Virus record (IMG/VR): IMGVR_UViG_3300027418_000370
Source: a virus
Direction: 5' to 3' (one strand)
DNA: 64,000 bases
How positions within the stretch are numbered: position 1 is the stretch's first letter; every line of letters begins with the position of its first letter. This document shows positions 8,594 through 18,878 of this stretch, piece by piece. A model generated the notes under the pieces. That model saw nothing but the letters and a program-made list of their open reading frames with translations, made no database searches and was not told the origin of the DNA. Position numbers and translations under genes: made by a program.

Positions 8594-10434
8594 TGGCACA
8601 AGAGAGAGACATAAAATACGTTGATAGAACCTTTAGTGACTTCCGTCAACAGCTAATAGACTATACAAAGAACTACTTCCCGGATACCTATAACGACTTC
8701 TCTCCAACATCACCAGGTATGATGTTCATGGAGATGGCTGCATATGTAGGAGACGTCCTTTCTTTCTACCAGGATATTCAACTACAGGAGACATTCTTAC
8801 AGTATGCCCAAGAACCGGGTAATCTTTACAACATGGCTTACATGATGGGGTACCGTCCTAGGATTACAAGCCCCTCCACAGTTGATTTAGACGTATATCA
8901 GAGAGTACCCGCTACCTCTGTTGCTGGTCAAAATGTACCTAACTATGATTACGCTCTAGTACTAAGTGAAAATATTGAATTACAATCTACTACTGGAACC
9001 CCAGTAAAATTCCTAACACAGAATAAAGTTAATTTTGCTTACTCTAGTTCTTACGATCCTACAACAGTATCAGTATACGCTACAGCAGGCGGCACAGTCA
9101 CTGAATTCTTACTTACTAAGAAGGTAAAAGCAATCTCTGCTGAAGTAAAAACCACTACTGTTGAGGTTGCTTCCTTAGAACGCTTTAAAACTGTTACATT
9201 ATCTGAAGATAACATTATAGGAGTAGTGAGTATCTCCGACGGTACTAATACCTGGTACGAAGTACCTTATTTAGCCCAGGATACAATCTTCACAGAAGTT
9301 GCTAATACAGGCGCAGATAAATCAACATCTCCATATGTAATGCAACTACAGAAGGTACCTTACAGGTACGTAACTAGGTTTACATCCGGAGGCGCTCTAC
9401 AGATACAATTCGGTGCCGGTACATCAGGTACAGATGATTCTGTTATAACTCCAAACCCAACTAACGTGGGATTGGGGGATATTACCACCGGTGTCTCTGC
9501 TATAGATAAAGCATACGATCCTTCAAACTTTATGTTTACAGGAGCTTACGGCCACGCCCCACTGGGTACGCTAACAATTCAGTACCTAGTAGGAGGAGGA
9601 GTGGAAGCAAACACCCCAGCAGATACTATCACTACAATTCTAAATAACCAAAGCCCAGCCTATTATGGTGTTGGAGCATCAGGAACTACCTACTTAAACT
9701 CCCTAGCATTCAATAACCCAGAACCGGCTACAGGAGGTAAAGACGGAGATACTATTGAAGAGTTAAGGCAGAATTCAACAAAAGCTTTTAATGAGCAACT
9801 AAGAACAGTAACAAAAGAAGACTATACCGTAAGAGCTCTTTCACTACCTTCTAAGTTTGGAACAGTAGCCAAAGTCTTTGTTACCCAAGATCAAATATCC
9901 TCTACCCAATCTACTACCGATGCAATTATAGACAGTAATCCTTTGGCTTTATCAATGTACGTATTAGCGTATAATGGACAGAAGCAACTTACTGTAGCAG
10001 GAACTACTCTAAAACAGAACCTTAAGACATACCTTAACCAGTATAGATTAGTAACAGACGCAGTTAATATTAAAGATGCTTTTATTGTTAATATCGGTAT
10101 TAAATACGAAATAGTTATTCGACCTTCTGCATCTGCCCGTGAGGTATTATTAGGATGTACAGAAGCACTCAAAGACTACTTTGCAGTTGATAAGTGGAGT
10201 ATTAATCAACCTATTAACATCTCTAAATTATATACCGTACTAGATAAAGTGAAAGGAGTGCAGACTGTTCAAAAGATTGAAATAGACAATAAGACAGGTG
10301 GAGAATACTCTCAGTATGCGTACGATATTAAAGGAGCGACCAAAGGTAACATCCTTTATCCTTCTTATGATCCATGTATTTTTGAAGTTAAGTACCCGAA
10401 CATTGATATTGAAGGTCGCATAACTACATTATAA
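8593..10434 (+). CDS. Baseplate wedge protein gp6 / baseplate J-like
   Basis: YFPDTYNDF..SPGMMFME..AYVGDVLSFY; IQFGAG; ATGGKDGDTIEELR; RTVTKEDY. Confidence 0.88.
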   Translation: MAQERDIKYVDRTFSDFRQQLIDYTKNYFPDTYNDFSPTSPGMMFMEMAAYVGDVLSFYQDIQLQETFLQYAQEPGNLYNMAYMMGYRPRITSPSTVDLDVYQRVPATSVAGQNVPNYDYALVLSENIELQSTTGTPVKFLTQNKVNFAYSSSYDPTTVSVYATAGGTVTEFLLTKKVKAISAEVKTTTVEVASLERFKTVTLSEDNIIGVVSISDGTNTWYEVPYLAQDTIFTEVANTGADKSTSPYVMQLQKVPYRYVTRFTSGGALQIQFGAGTSGTDDSVITPNPTNVGLGDITTGVSAIDKAYDPSNFMFTGAYGHAPLGTLTIQYLVGGGVEANTPADTITTILNNQSPAYYGVGASGTTYLNSLAFNNPEPATGGKDGDTIEELRQNSTKAFNEQLRTVTKEDYTVRALSLPSKFGTVAKVFVTQDQISSTQSTTDAIIDSNPLALSMYVLAYNGQKQLTVAGTTLKQNLKTYLNQYRLVTDAVNIKDAFIVNIGIKYEIVIRPSASAREVLLGCTEALKDYFAVDKWSINQPINISKLYTVLDKVKGVQTVQKIEIDNKTGGEYSQYAYDIKGATKGNILYPSYDPCIFEVKYPNIDIEGRITTL

Positions 10435-10452
10435 AATATTTATTAAGAAACC

Positions 10453-11571
10453 ATGGCTGTTTACAAAATATTTCCTGAAAAGACTGCTACACTCTATTCC
10501 GAGTTCGCAAATATGAACACCGGTAGGGATGAGATCTTAGAACTTGCATCCTACTACAAGGGTACAGATTCCTATGTAAACAGAACTCTCATTCAATTTA
10601 ACTCTACGGAATTAGCTGAAGTACTTGAAACACACGTACTAGCTTCCACAGGAGATGCAACAGCATTTAGCGCATCACTTAAGTTATTTTTAGCTAGTGC
10701 TAACGAACTTCCAATTGGATATACATTAGAAGCTCTACCAGTATACACCGGCGCTTATGGTACATGGGTTGCAGGTAACGGTAAATATGGAGACCTTCCA
10801 CGTAACAGTAGCGGAGTTACCTGGGACAGTATAGAGGGTACAGGATCAGATAACTGGGGCACTATCTCTAACGTAACTTCATCCTACGACCTAGTGGAAG
10901 GCGGCGGATCCTGGTACACAGCGCTACCTGGCTACAACATTACAGCAACTCAAACACACGCTGTGAACTCAACTCATGACGTTAATATAGACGTTACCGG
11001 TGGCACAAAAGCACACTATAACGGAGCAATTAACAACGCAGGATTTTTATTAAAACTAACAGGTAGTCTAGAGTTTCAAACAACTCGCCAGCTATACCTA
11101 AGATACTACTCCGCTAACTCCCATACCATCTACCCTCCGTGCTTAGAAGTAAAATGGGATGACTTTGCAACTGCATCTGGACTAAACGAAATTACAGATA
11201 CAAACGCAGTCATTAAGATAAAAAACAACAGAGGAGAGTATACAGACGAAGGTAAACAGAGATTTGAGCTACACGTAAGAGCTAAAAACCCTGTTAGAAC
11301 CTTCTCAACTTCTTCTAATTACCTCCAAAATTATTTCTTACCTCTTACTTCATACTGGGGTCTCCGAGATGAAAACACAGAGGAAATGGTAATTGACTTC
11401 GATACAACCTATACAAAATTAAGTCGAGCAAGTACTGGTAACTACTTTGATGTGTATATGGGAGGTTTAGAACCTGAACGCTATTACAGAGTACTAATCA
11501 AAACAACAATATCTGGTACTACTTCTATCATAGATGAAGACCTAGTTTTTAAAGTTGTAAGAAATGGCTGA
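10453..11571 (+). CDS. Virion structural protein with DNRLRE-like domain
   Basis: ATLYS..NTG..EILE..RTLIQFN..NAGFLLK..YYSANS..P.LEVKWDD pattern. Confidence 0.55.
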   Translation: MAVYKIFPEKTATLYSEFANMNTGRDEILELASYYKGTDSYVNRTLIQFNSTELAEVLETHVLASTGDATAFSASLKLFLASANELPIGYTLEALPVYTGAYGTWVAGNGKYGDLPRNSSGVTWDSIEGTGSDNWGTISNVTSSYDLVEGGGSWYTALPGYNITATQTHAVNSTHDVNIDVTGGTKAHYNGAINNAGFLLKLTGSLEFQTTRQLYLRYYSANSHTIYPPCLEVKWDDFATASGLNEITDTNAVIKIKNNRGEYTDEGKQRFELHVRAKNPVRTFSTSSNYLQNYFLPLTSYWGLRDENTEEMVIDFDTTYTKLSRASTGNYFDVYMGGLEPERYYRVLIKTTISGTTSIIDEDLVFKVVRNG

Positions 11572-11905
11572 GAAAATCACATTAAATAAGACATACCTCA
11601 ACAACAAGAACTTTAAAGATACTGTAGACACCTCTTTTAAGTTTTTTGCAGAACCGGTACCCGTCATCGACCCAGACACCATTGAAGAGCTTTTTAGACT
11701 ATACAATAAACTCTTCTACCAGATACCGGTGAACGGACCAAACTCCCACCAGTATATTGTAACAAAGAGCTCAGAACTATATACTGCACCGCAGGTTAGT
11801 GAAGAGATACAGCCACTCCTAGACGAAGTAGCAGATTTAAGAGCAAGACTTTTGCAAGCAAACGAACAGATTCTTCAACTATCACAGCAGGTAAATAATG
11901 GCTGA
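11564..11905 (+). CDS. Small baseplate-module protein
   Basis: Overlaps both neighbours; C-terminal coiled coil. Confidence 0.55.
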   Translation: MAEKITLNKTYLNNKNFKDTVDTSFKFFAEPVPVIDPDTIEELFRLYNKLFYQIPVNGPNSHQYIVTKSSELYTAPQVSEEIQPLLDEVADLRARLLQANEQILQLSQQVNNG

Positions 11906-14900
11906 TATTAAATACAATCTAACTCCTACTGCGCCAACTGGGTACAGAGACTTCACTCCTCAGGATATTAACTTGAGCACAGAAGTATTACTGCCTGCAG
12001 AGTTTAACAGGTCACAGCATATAATTCAACTACACATCTACAATCCAATAGGAGAAAGATTGTTCTCTGTAGCAGATTACCGGAACGCAAAAGAGCTATC
12101 AGATTCTGCAAGCGCAGGAAAGACAGGCACAGATGCACTCTATATAGACCCTATTGAAGATAGTAAGGCTTACGGCTTTACTACTGGCAATGTAAATCTA
12201 AACTACCTCTTCTTAAAGCCTTTACTACCAGTTGGACTAGCTATAAAAGAACTTTCTTCTGATCGTACTGAATTAAAAGTAACCCCTACAGGGACTGTAG
12301 ATAACCTGCAACAGGTTGTGCAGGACCTTAAAACTAGGTTTACCTCTGATGTGTACTTTGATGAACTTAGGTTAGACTTTGGAAACAACGTACAACTGAT
12401 CGGTATTAATATAGATCAAGATAATACAGGTAATATACTTATAAAGCTTTATGAACCGCTTCCAAGTACTATTCAACTCAAAACTGTATTTCGTCTACTA
12501 GAAGAAGTCGCCAACCCGGTAGCGTATTACGTAACAGCCACCGTTACTCCGACCGTACCCACCGTTAACTTTTTAAAAGGACCTAACTTTAATATTGAAG
12601 TAGACGGATCTCCTTCTATCTCTACAGAGTACCTCGACTACAATGAACTATACAGTTACCCGGTAACAAGTTCTTATCACCAAGCTCTCACGCTACTTTC
12701 AGGCAGCGATGTACGTATTAATGTTGATTATACAGACTATACAAATTTTGTACATTTCTCCTCTGCTTACGAGCGCCTGGTTAATTTTAAGTATAAGCTA
12801 GATCTTGTAGCCAACTACGAAGATCAGAAAGCTGCTACAGGAAGCCTTTCAAACACCCAGACTGCTGTAACTCAATCTAACTTAAAATACGATAACCTTA
12901 TTACAGGTATTATTTCTAAGTTCGATGGATATGAGAAATATCTGTACTTTGAAAGTAGTAGTAAATCTTGGCCTAAATCTAGTTCAACTCGCCCGTACTT
13001 AAATCTACCTAGCACAGACGCTGCTGCAACAGCATGGTTTGTAGCTCAAGCAGAATCAGCATCTCTATATGATGAGTTAAATGAAAGTAGGTTAGTAAGT
13101 TCTATCCCTGAGTTTATTAGACAGGATAGCGAAAATGCACCGTACAGCCTATTCTTAGACATGGTAGGTCAGCATTTTGATAACCTATGGATTTATGCTA
13201 AAGGAGTAACAGATAAGTACGATGCAGATAACCGATTAGACTACGGAGTTTCTAGAGACTTTATAGAAGCTACTCTAAAATCTTTCGGAGTAAAACTATA
13301 CAGCTCTAACTTCTCTACCGGTAATTTAGCTTCAATGCTGATTGGAGAATGGTACGATAGCGGTTCAGAGTACATAAGTACCTTTGTTACTGCTTCAAAC
13401 GAACCTACACCAGACAGTAACATACTACACGAAACCTATAAAAGACTTTACCATAACCTACCCTACCTCTTAAAAACAAAAGGTACTGAGAGAGGATTAA
13501 GAGCACTTATAAACAGCTTCGGTATTCCAAGTGGCTCATTAGAAGTTAAAGCATACGGGGGTGTAGAAAGACCAGGAGCTACTCCATACTTTGCTTCAGG
13601 ATTACCAGAAGGAGATAAGCTTAGGCTTAATAATACAGGTAGCATAGTTCCTGGAGAAACTCTTTCTCAATACGTTTCTATTCAAAAAGACGACAATAAG
13701 TTTACACAAGACTTACACACAGTTGAAGTAGGTTTTTCCCCAAGCTATAATGTTGATAACTTTATAAGCGGTGGCATCACAGGAAGCTTTAACATAGACC
13801 AGTATATAGGAGATCCTCGTTACCTATACTCTAAAAGCTACAGTAACGATACTAACGGCAACTTATATAAAGTAGCAGAGACACTTCTATCGGGGTCAAA
13901 TTCCTACGACGTATTTGACTTTATTAGGTTAATTAAATTCTTCGACAACCAGTTGTTTAAAATGGTAGGAGACTTTCTACCAGCTAGAGACGTTGTTACT
14001 TCCGGAGTTATTATAAAACCACACGTACTAAATCGCAGTAAAATACAATCTGCACAGACAAGCTACACTCGTCCAGAATATACTGCTTCTATTGATACGT
14101 TATTCGTAACAGGATCAGATGGCGGTGTGATAGATGAATACTCTACCGCACATACTGCTAGCATACAGACGTTAGTTGGTGAACTTACACAAATCAGAAA
14201 CACGGAAGTTGAAAAGATAAACGGGGAACTCGGAGGAAGTACTCTAGATCTATACAGTGGAAGCTTAAACGAAGCTAATGTATTTAAGCAGTTTAATGCT
14301 CAAGAGATCACCTACGACTATATAGAGTACTTAGAAGGCGATTCTCCTACTATAACAGAAGATGATTTCTTAACACAGCTTCCAGTATCAGTCGGTAAGA
14401 TGTATACCTTCCGTGCTTATCAGCCTAAAGGAGGGTACCACTACCTAAAGTATATCTTATTTAGAAATATCAGTGCAAATGGAGTGGACGTAAAAGAAGC
14501 TGTACGAGTTCTTGAAGAAATATACGTCAACGGAGTTAAGTACAGCTTTGCAGAAAAAAATGTAACTGGAGCAACTACGCTACTTACATTAGCAGATCCA
14601 GGAGGAGGCTTCTTTGCAAATCCTGCTGCTTTCCCAACTAGCCAGGTAACAGTTCCTGTAATACTATCACCATTCTTTACTGCAAGATTCGACAACTCAG
14701 ACTACAACGCATTATTTAACAATGCATCTTTAGTTGCAAATACAGGTATTGTACAGAAGGTAGACTACTCCGACAATCCTTTAATACCTATTAACCTTGC
14801 TGGACTTTTGACTAACACAGCGGAAAAGTCTGATATGCAAGAGTATGTACACAATAGTACAGGGTACGTAAGAGGTAGGTATAAAGGGCACCAACTTAAC

Positions 14901-16280
14901 GCTGTAGCGATAAATAAGTATACCGTAGGAGATAGTTCATACGGTACAACTCCTGTACTAGAATCAACAACTCCGTACTTCTGTATCTTTGATTATATCT
15001 CAGGATTCTCTCCTGAGCATAATAAAGCTAATGCAATTGTAATTGGTTACATTGTTGACGAAGAAGGTAACCTTACAACTCCTGACGCTACTGTAGCATT
15101 GAACCTTCTCAAGCAAGGATTCCCGGCAAATAGTGAATTCGAAGTATCTATTAAGAACGCTAATATTGGCGGTAGTGAAGCTACATTACTAGGTAACCAT
15201 TCAGTACTTAGATCTGGAACTCGTTTAGAACCGCTACTCTTCTCCTATACAGCACCAACATACTTAAACCCTGTATTTAGTACAGGCAACAAGTTAGAGT
15301 TTAGAGCAGATCCAACACTTGCTACTTATAATGCACGTGCTACTGGATCTAACCAATCTATTACTAATCTTAACATTGAAGATGTTACTAAGGTTACATT
15401 TGGGAAAGAACTACAGGACGATGCAGGGTACTACAACCCAGGAACTTCTATATATACATTCGGATCTGATACAGAACAGCAAGTTAAGTTTAATGCATCC
15501 TTTTTAGTATCAGGAGACGGATGGCCAAATCCATATGGCGGTGACCCCGGCTTAGCAGAAGTTCGTCTAGAAGTAGCCACAGATGGAGGTACTTTTGACC
15601 CTGCCTTTACTACGACTTTAGCAAGCAAACAATTCACATATATAAATTACATTCTAACCCCGGTAGCACTTACTGCTCCATTTAGAAACTTTAACAGTGG
15701 GGAAGCAGTAAGAACGGTAGTAGAGATTTTAGATAGAACAGCTGATTTAACTTTTATCTCAAGCATACTAACAGTAGGCAGCTATGAATCAGGCTCTACC
15801 TACATAGGAACAGGAAGTGACGGGTATTTCTTCTCAACAGGTAGCTTAAGTTCTCCTACGGTACTAACAGGAAGTACAGACCTATCCAGTAAGTACGGAA
15901 ACTACTTCGAAGGAGTCTCAGGATCTGCTTCTCAAGGCTTCAACGGAGTAAACCTTCAATTTACTTTACAACGCGGGGATGAAATTAAGTTTAACAACAG
16001 CGAAACTCAAGCATATATGGTTACAGATGTATTAACACCTTCGGAAACTACGACCGGACGTTTATACGTAACATTAGATAAGACAATGAGTACTGCAGTT
16101 AATAAAGATTTCTTCGCCCTGCGACGCTATGTTGATAGCAGTAACATGATACTGATGAACATAGACAGAGTCGCTGGTACTCAAAATACAGGAATACTTT
16201 ACCCTAAGTACCCATCACCACGTCTTAAAGCAAACTACGAAAAAATTATATCTGATTTAAAAACAAAGGGTATTTTATAA
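11898..16280 (+). CDS. Large baseplate wedge protein (gp7/P2 gpI-like motif)
   Basis: FLDMVGQHFD ... LPYLLKTKGTERGLRALINSFGI. Confidence 0.65.
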   Translation: MADIKYNLTPTAPTGYRDFTPQDINLSTEVLLPAEFNRSQHIIQLHIYNPIGERLFSVADYRNAKELSDSASAGKTGTDALYIDPIEDSKAYGFTTGNVNLNYLFLKPLLPVGLAIKELSSDRTELKVTPTGTVDNLQQVVQDLKTRFTSDVYFDELRLDFGNNVQLIGINIDQDNTGNILIKLYEPLPSTIQLKTVFRLLEEVANPVAYYVTATVTPTVPTVNFLKGPNFNIEVDGSPSISTEYLDYNELYSYPVTSSYHQALTLLSGSDVRINVDYTDYTNFVHFSSAYERLVNFKYKLDLVANYEDQKAATGSLSNTQTAVTQSNLKYDNLITGIISKFDGYEKYLYFESSSKSWPKSSSTRPYLNLPSTDAAATAWFVAQAESASLYDELNESRLVSSIPEFIRQDSENAPYSLFLDMVGQHFDNLWIYAKGVTDKYDADNRLDYGVSRDFIEATLKSFGVKLYSSNFSTGNLASMLIGEWYDSGSEYISTFVTASNEPTPDSNILHETYKRLYHNLPYLLKTKGTERGLRALINSFGIPSGSLEVKAYGGVERPGATPYFASGLPEGDKLRLNNTGSIVPGETLSQYVSIQKDDNKFTQDLHTVEVGFSPSYNVDNFISGGITGSFNIDQYIGDPRYLYSKSYSNDTNGNLYKVAETLLSGSNSYDVFDFIRLIKFFDNQLFKMVGDFLPARDVVTSGVIIKPHVLNRSKIQSAQTSYTRPEYTASIDTLFVTGSDGGVIDEYSTAHTASIQTLVGELTQIRNTEVEKINGELGGSTLDLYSGSLNEANVFKQFNAQEITYDYIEYLEGDSPTITEDDFLTQLPVSVGKMYTFRAYQPKGGYHYLKYILFRNISANGVDVKEAVRVLEEIYVNGVKYSFAEKNVTGATTLLTLADPGGGFFANPAAFPTSQVTVPVILSPFFTARFDNSDYNALFNNASLVANTGIVQKVDYSDNPLIPINLAGLLTNTAEKSDMQEYVHNSTGYVRGRYKGHQLNAVAINKYTVGDSSYGTTPVLESTTPYFCIFDYISGFSPEHNKANAIVIGYIVDEEGNLTTPDATVALNLLKQGFPANSEFEVSIKNANIGGSEATLLGNHSVLRSGTRLEPLLFSYTAPTYLNPVFSTGNKLEFRADPTLATYNARATGSNQSITNLNIEDVTKVTFGKELQDDAGYYNPGTSIYTFGSDTEQQVKFNASFLVSGDGWPNPYGGDPGLAEVRLEVATDGGTFDPAFTTTLASKQFTYINYILTPVALTAPFRNFNSGEAVRTVVEILDRTADLTFISSILTVGSYESGSTYIGTGSDGYFFSTGSLSSPTVLTGSTDLSSKYGNYFEGVSGSASQGFNGVNLQFTLQRGDEIKFNNSETQAYMVTDVLTPSETTTGRLYVTLDKTMSTAVNKDFFALRRYVDSSNMILMNIDRVAGTQNTGILYPKYPSPRLKANYEKIISDLKTKGIL

Positions 16281-16312
16281 AAGACATATTTATTAGTATA
16301 AACCACTGAAAC

Positions 16313-16969
16313 ATGGCATATTTAAACAACTCGGTAGTCACAGTTGACGCTATCTTAACAAAGAAAGGTAGAGAGCTTCTAGCAAGAGGTGACGGTTCTT
16401 TCCGCATCACTCAATTCGCTCTTTCCGATGACGAAATTGATTACACTCTTTACAACACTTCACATCCATCTGGATCTTCTTACTACGGTGAGGCAATTGA
16501 AAGTATGCCACTATTAGAAGCCTTCCCTGACGAGACTCAGATCATGAAGTACAAACTTGCAACTCTCCCTAGAGGTACTGCTAGATTACCGATCCTAGAT
16601 ATTGGGTATTCTGCTATTACATTAAAGCAGGGCGCTTCATTAGCAATCACCCCTCAGACGTTAAACTATCTAGGAGCTAATCAGACTTTCGAAACAAGCG
16701 GATATACTGCTACAATTGCTGACGCTAGAATACTTTCAACGTACAACGGAGTAGGTGTTAATACTGACGAAGCTATTAGGTTGAATTCTACAACGACATT
16801 AGGTACTAACGTCTCTAAGACTGTAATCGGAACTTCAATTAACCTTACTGCAACAACAACGAATACCTTATTCGGTACTGCAACACAATTACAGACAACA
16901 ATTACGGTAATTGGTAGAGACTCTGGAGCTAGATTGACTATCCCGGTAACCATCACTAAAATAAACTAA
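16313..16969 (+). CDS. Baseplate/tail-fibre attachment protein
   Basis: AILTKKGRELLA..FRITQFALSD, like tail-collar fibre N-termini; late promoter at 16287. Confidence 0.55.
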   Translation: MAYLNNSVVTVDAILTKKGRELLARGDGSFRITQFALSDDEIDYTLYNTSHPSGSSYYGEAIESMPLLEAFPDETQIMKYKLATLPRGTARLPILDIGYSAITLKQGASLAITPQTLNYLGANQTFETSGYTATIADARILSTYNGVGVNTDEAIRLNSTTTLGTNVSKTVIGTSINLTATTTNTLFGTATQLQTTITVIGRDSGARLTIPVTITKIN

Positions 16970-16975
16970 TAAGAT

Positions 16976-17986
16976 ATGTCATTTAAGAGATTCGAAGCTG
17001 ACGATCTAGTAGTAAGCGCTGAACCAGTATCAGCTCCAGTATGGAGTACCGGTACACCTATTTTAACAGCCTTTTACACATCATCTACTCAACCTGCATC
17101 AACATCGGGAAACTACTACCTAGATGTATACCACACAGCATCATCTGTAGACGGTGCTGCCGTTCAGCTCGCAATCGCATACGCTGACGCCGCTGGATCA
17201 GGATCAAGCCCGTACAACTCTGCTGTTGTGGGTAAGAGTTACTCTTCTACGATCTACGGTCAATATAGATCTTTAGTATTAGGAGATGAAGATTCAAGCT
17301 TTAACTTTGGTGGAACTACTGTAGATTATTTCTATGCAATTTCAATTGATAGAGATAGATTTAAAGAATCACTACTTCCAGCATCCTTTAACTTAGCATT
17401 AAGCGGAAGTGAAGGTACAATTCACCTAACAGATAATAGCGTAGACACTACAACACTGTCCTTTAACGATGCAGGTAGAGTATATCAGATTGTAAGCGGA
17501 TCAAATGGCGCAGCATATAGTGGCACCGGTTATACACCAGCATCTGGATCATACGGATACTTCTTACCAGACATTGGAGTAGTGTTATTAAGCGGACTAG
17601 CATTAAGTGGTAGTGCAGCAGCAGGAGGTATTGGACTCTCTATTACAAGAGGCTCTACTACACCATCTCCAACAAATATGGCTAAGCTTTACAATGCTCT
17701 CGTACTTGGAGGCTCTTTCCAACTAAACTATAAAGAAACTGTATCTTCACAGTTTGTATTTGCTAGAGTACGCAATAGTGAGTTTAACTACTCAACTAAC
17801 CCGTCATACATCACTGGATCAGGTGACCTAAGAATCTCCAACATGGTAGATGCACCTCAGACGTATATAACTACCGTGGGTATGTATAACGACAATAACG
17901 AGCTTCTCGCCGTAGCAAAACTTTCAAGACCACTATTAAAAGACTTTACTAAAGAAGCCTTAGTTAGAATCAAGCTTGACTTCTAA
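16976..17986 (+). CDS. Baseplate/tail structural protein
   Basis: C-terminal YITTVGMYNDNNELLAVAKLSRPLLK. Confidence 0.6.
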   Translation: MSFKRFEADDLVVSAEPVSAPVWSTGTPILTAFYTSSTQPASTSGNYYLDVYHTASSVDGAAVQLAIAYADAAGSGSSPYNSAVVGKSYSSTIYGQYRSLVLGDEDSSFNFGGTTVDYFYAISIDRDRFKESLLPASFNLALSGSEGTIHLTDNSVDTTTLSFNDAGRVYQIVSGSNGAAYSGTGYTPASGSYGYFLPDIGVVLLSGLALSGSAAAGGIGLSITRGSTTPSPTNMAKLYNALVLGGSFQLNYKETVSSQFVFARVRNSEFNYSTNPSYITGSGDLRISNMVDAPQTYITTVGMYNDNNELLAVAKLSRPLLKDFTKEALVRIKLDF

Positions 17987-17990
17987 ATGA

Positions 17991-18866
17991 ATGAGTGCGT
18001 TTATAAAACTAAACAAACAGGATGCATACATAACATCCTACACTGCGCATAAGACTTGGATCGTTTCTAAAAGCGATCTAAGCTCTTACGGCATTACTGT
18101 TTACTCTGCACTTTCAAGCTCTGGGGACGTATACGTTAACCAGGCTACATCTACAGAAGATAGTCAGTACGCCGAACTAGTATACAAGAACCTCCACCAC
18201 CTATATTACTCTAGATTTACAACAGGAAGTGCAGTAAGCAGTTCATACTTTACGTACGATCAGACTACTTTACATGAGAGTGCTTCTAGAGAAATCTATA
18301 CAACCGCTGCCCTAATCTCTATACCAAAAGAGGTATACGGACATGCTATCAAACCAGGAAGCTTTAGCATGGCAGCAGGAGAAAACTCTGGAAGGTATGT
18401 ATCTTCTAGTTTTGTATCCGGAGGGTATATTATAGAGACTGAAAGAGACGGATTTAGGTTATACGATGACGGTGAAGGAGTATTGAGAGATGCTGATAAA
18501 GCTGGCATGAAAGTAGGAGATATTATCTACACTCACGGGAACGTAATTATCACAGATGAGACTACAGTTGCTGAATTGCAAGATAACTACACAGTAGCAT
18601 GGCAAGCTTCTCATATAGTGTATACGCATAACTACCGCTGTAAAGCTAATGAAGCTCAACTAAACTACTCCCAGAATCCTTCTATTAAATCAGGAAGTAA
18701 TGGGTACGTTTATGACTACGCAACCGGTAGCTACTTCCAGCCCTACATTACAACAGTAGGGTTATATAACGATGCAAATGAGCTAGTAGCCGTAGGTAAG
18801 CTAGCACAACCGGTACCTAAATCAAGGTACACAGATATGACCTTCGTAGTGAATTTTGATATTTAA
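17991..18866 (+). CDS. Baseplate/tail structural protein, paralogue of 16976..17986
   Basis: C-terminal YITTVGLYNDANELVAVGKLAQPVPK; shared NYS.NPS motif. Confidence 0.6.
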   Translation: MSAFIKLNKQDAYITSYTAHKTWIVSKSDLSSYGITVYSALSSSGDVYVNQATSTEDSQYAELVYKNLHHLYYSRFTTGSAVSSSYFTYDQTTLHESASREIYTTAALISIPKEVYGHAIKPGSFSMAAGENSGRYVSSSFVSGGYIIETERDGFRLYDDGEGVLRDADKAGMKVGDIIYTHGNVIITDETTVAELQDNYTVAWQASHIVYTHNYRCKANEAQLNYSQNPSIKSGSNGYVYDYATGSYFQPYITTVGLYNDANELVAVGKLAQPVPKSRYTDMTFVVNFDI

Positions 18867-18878
18867 TATAAAAGAGCA

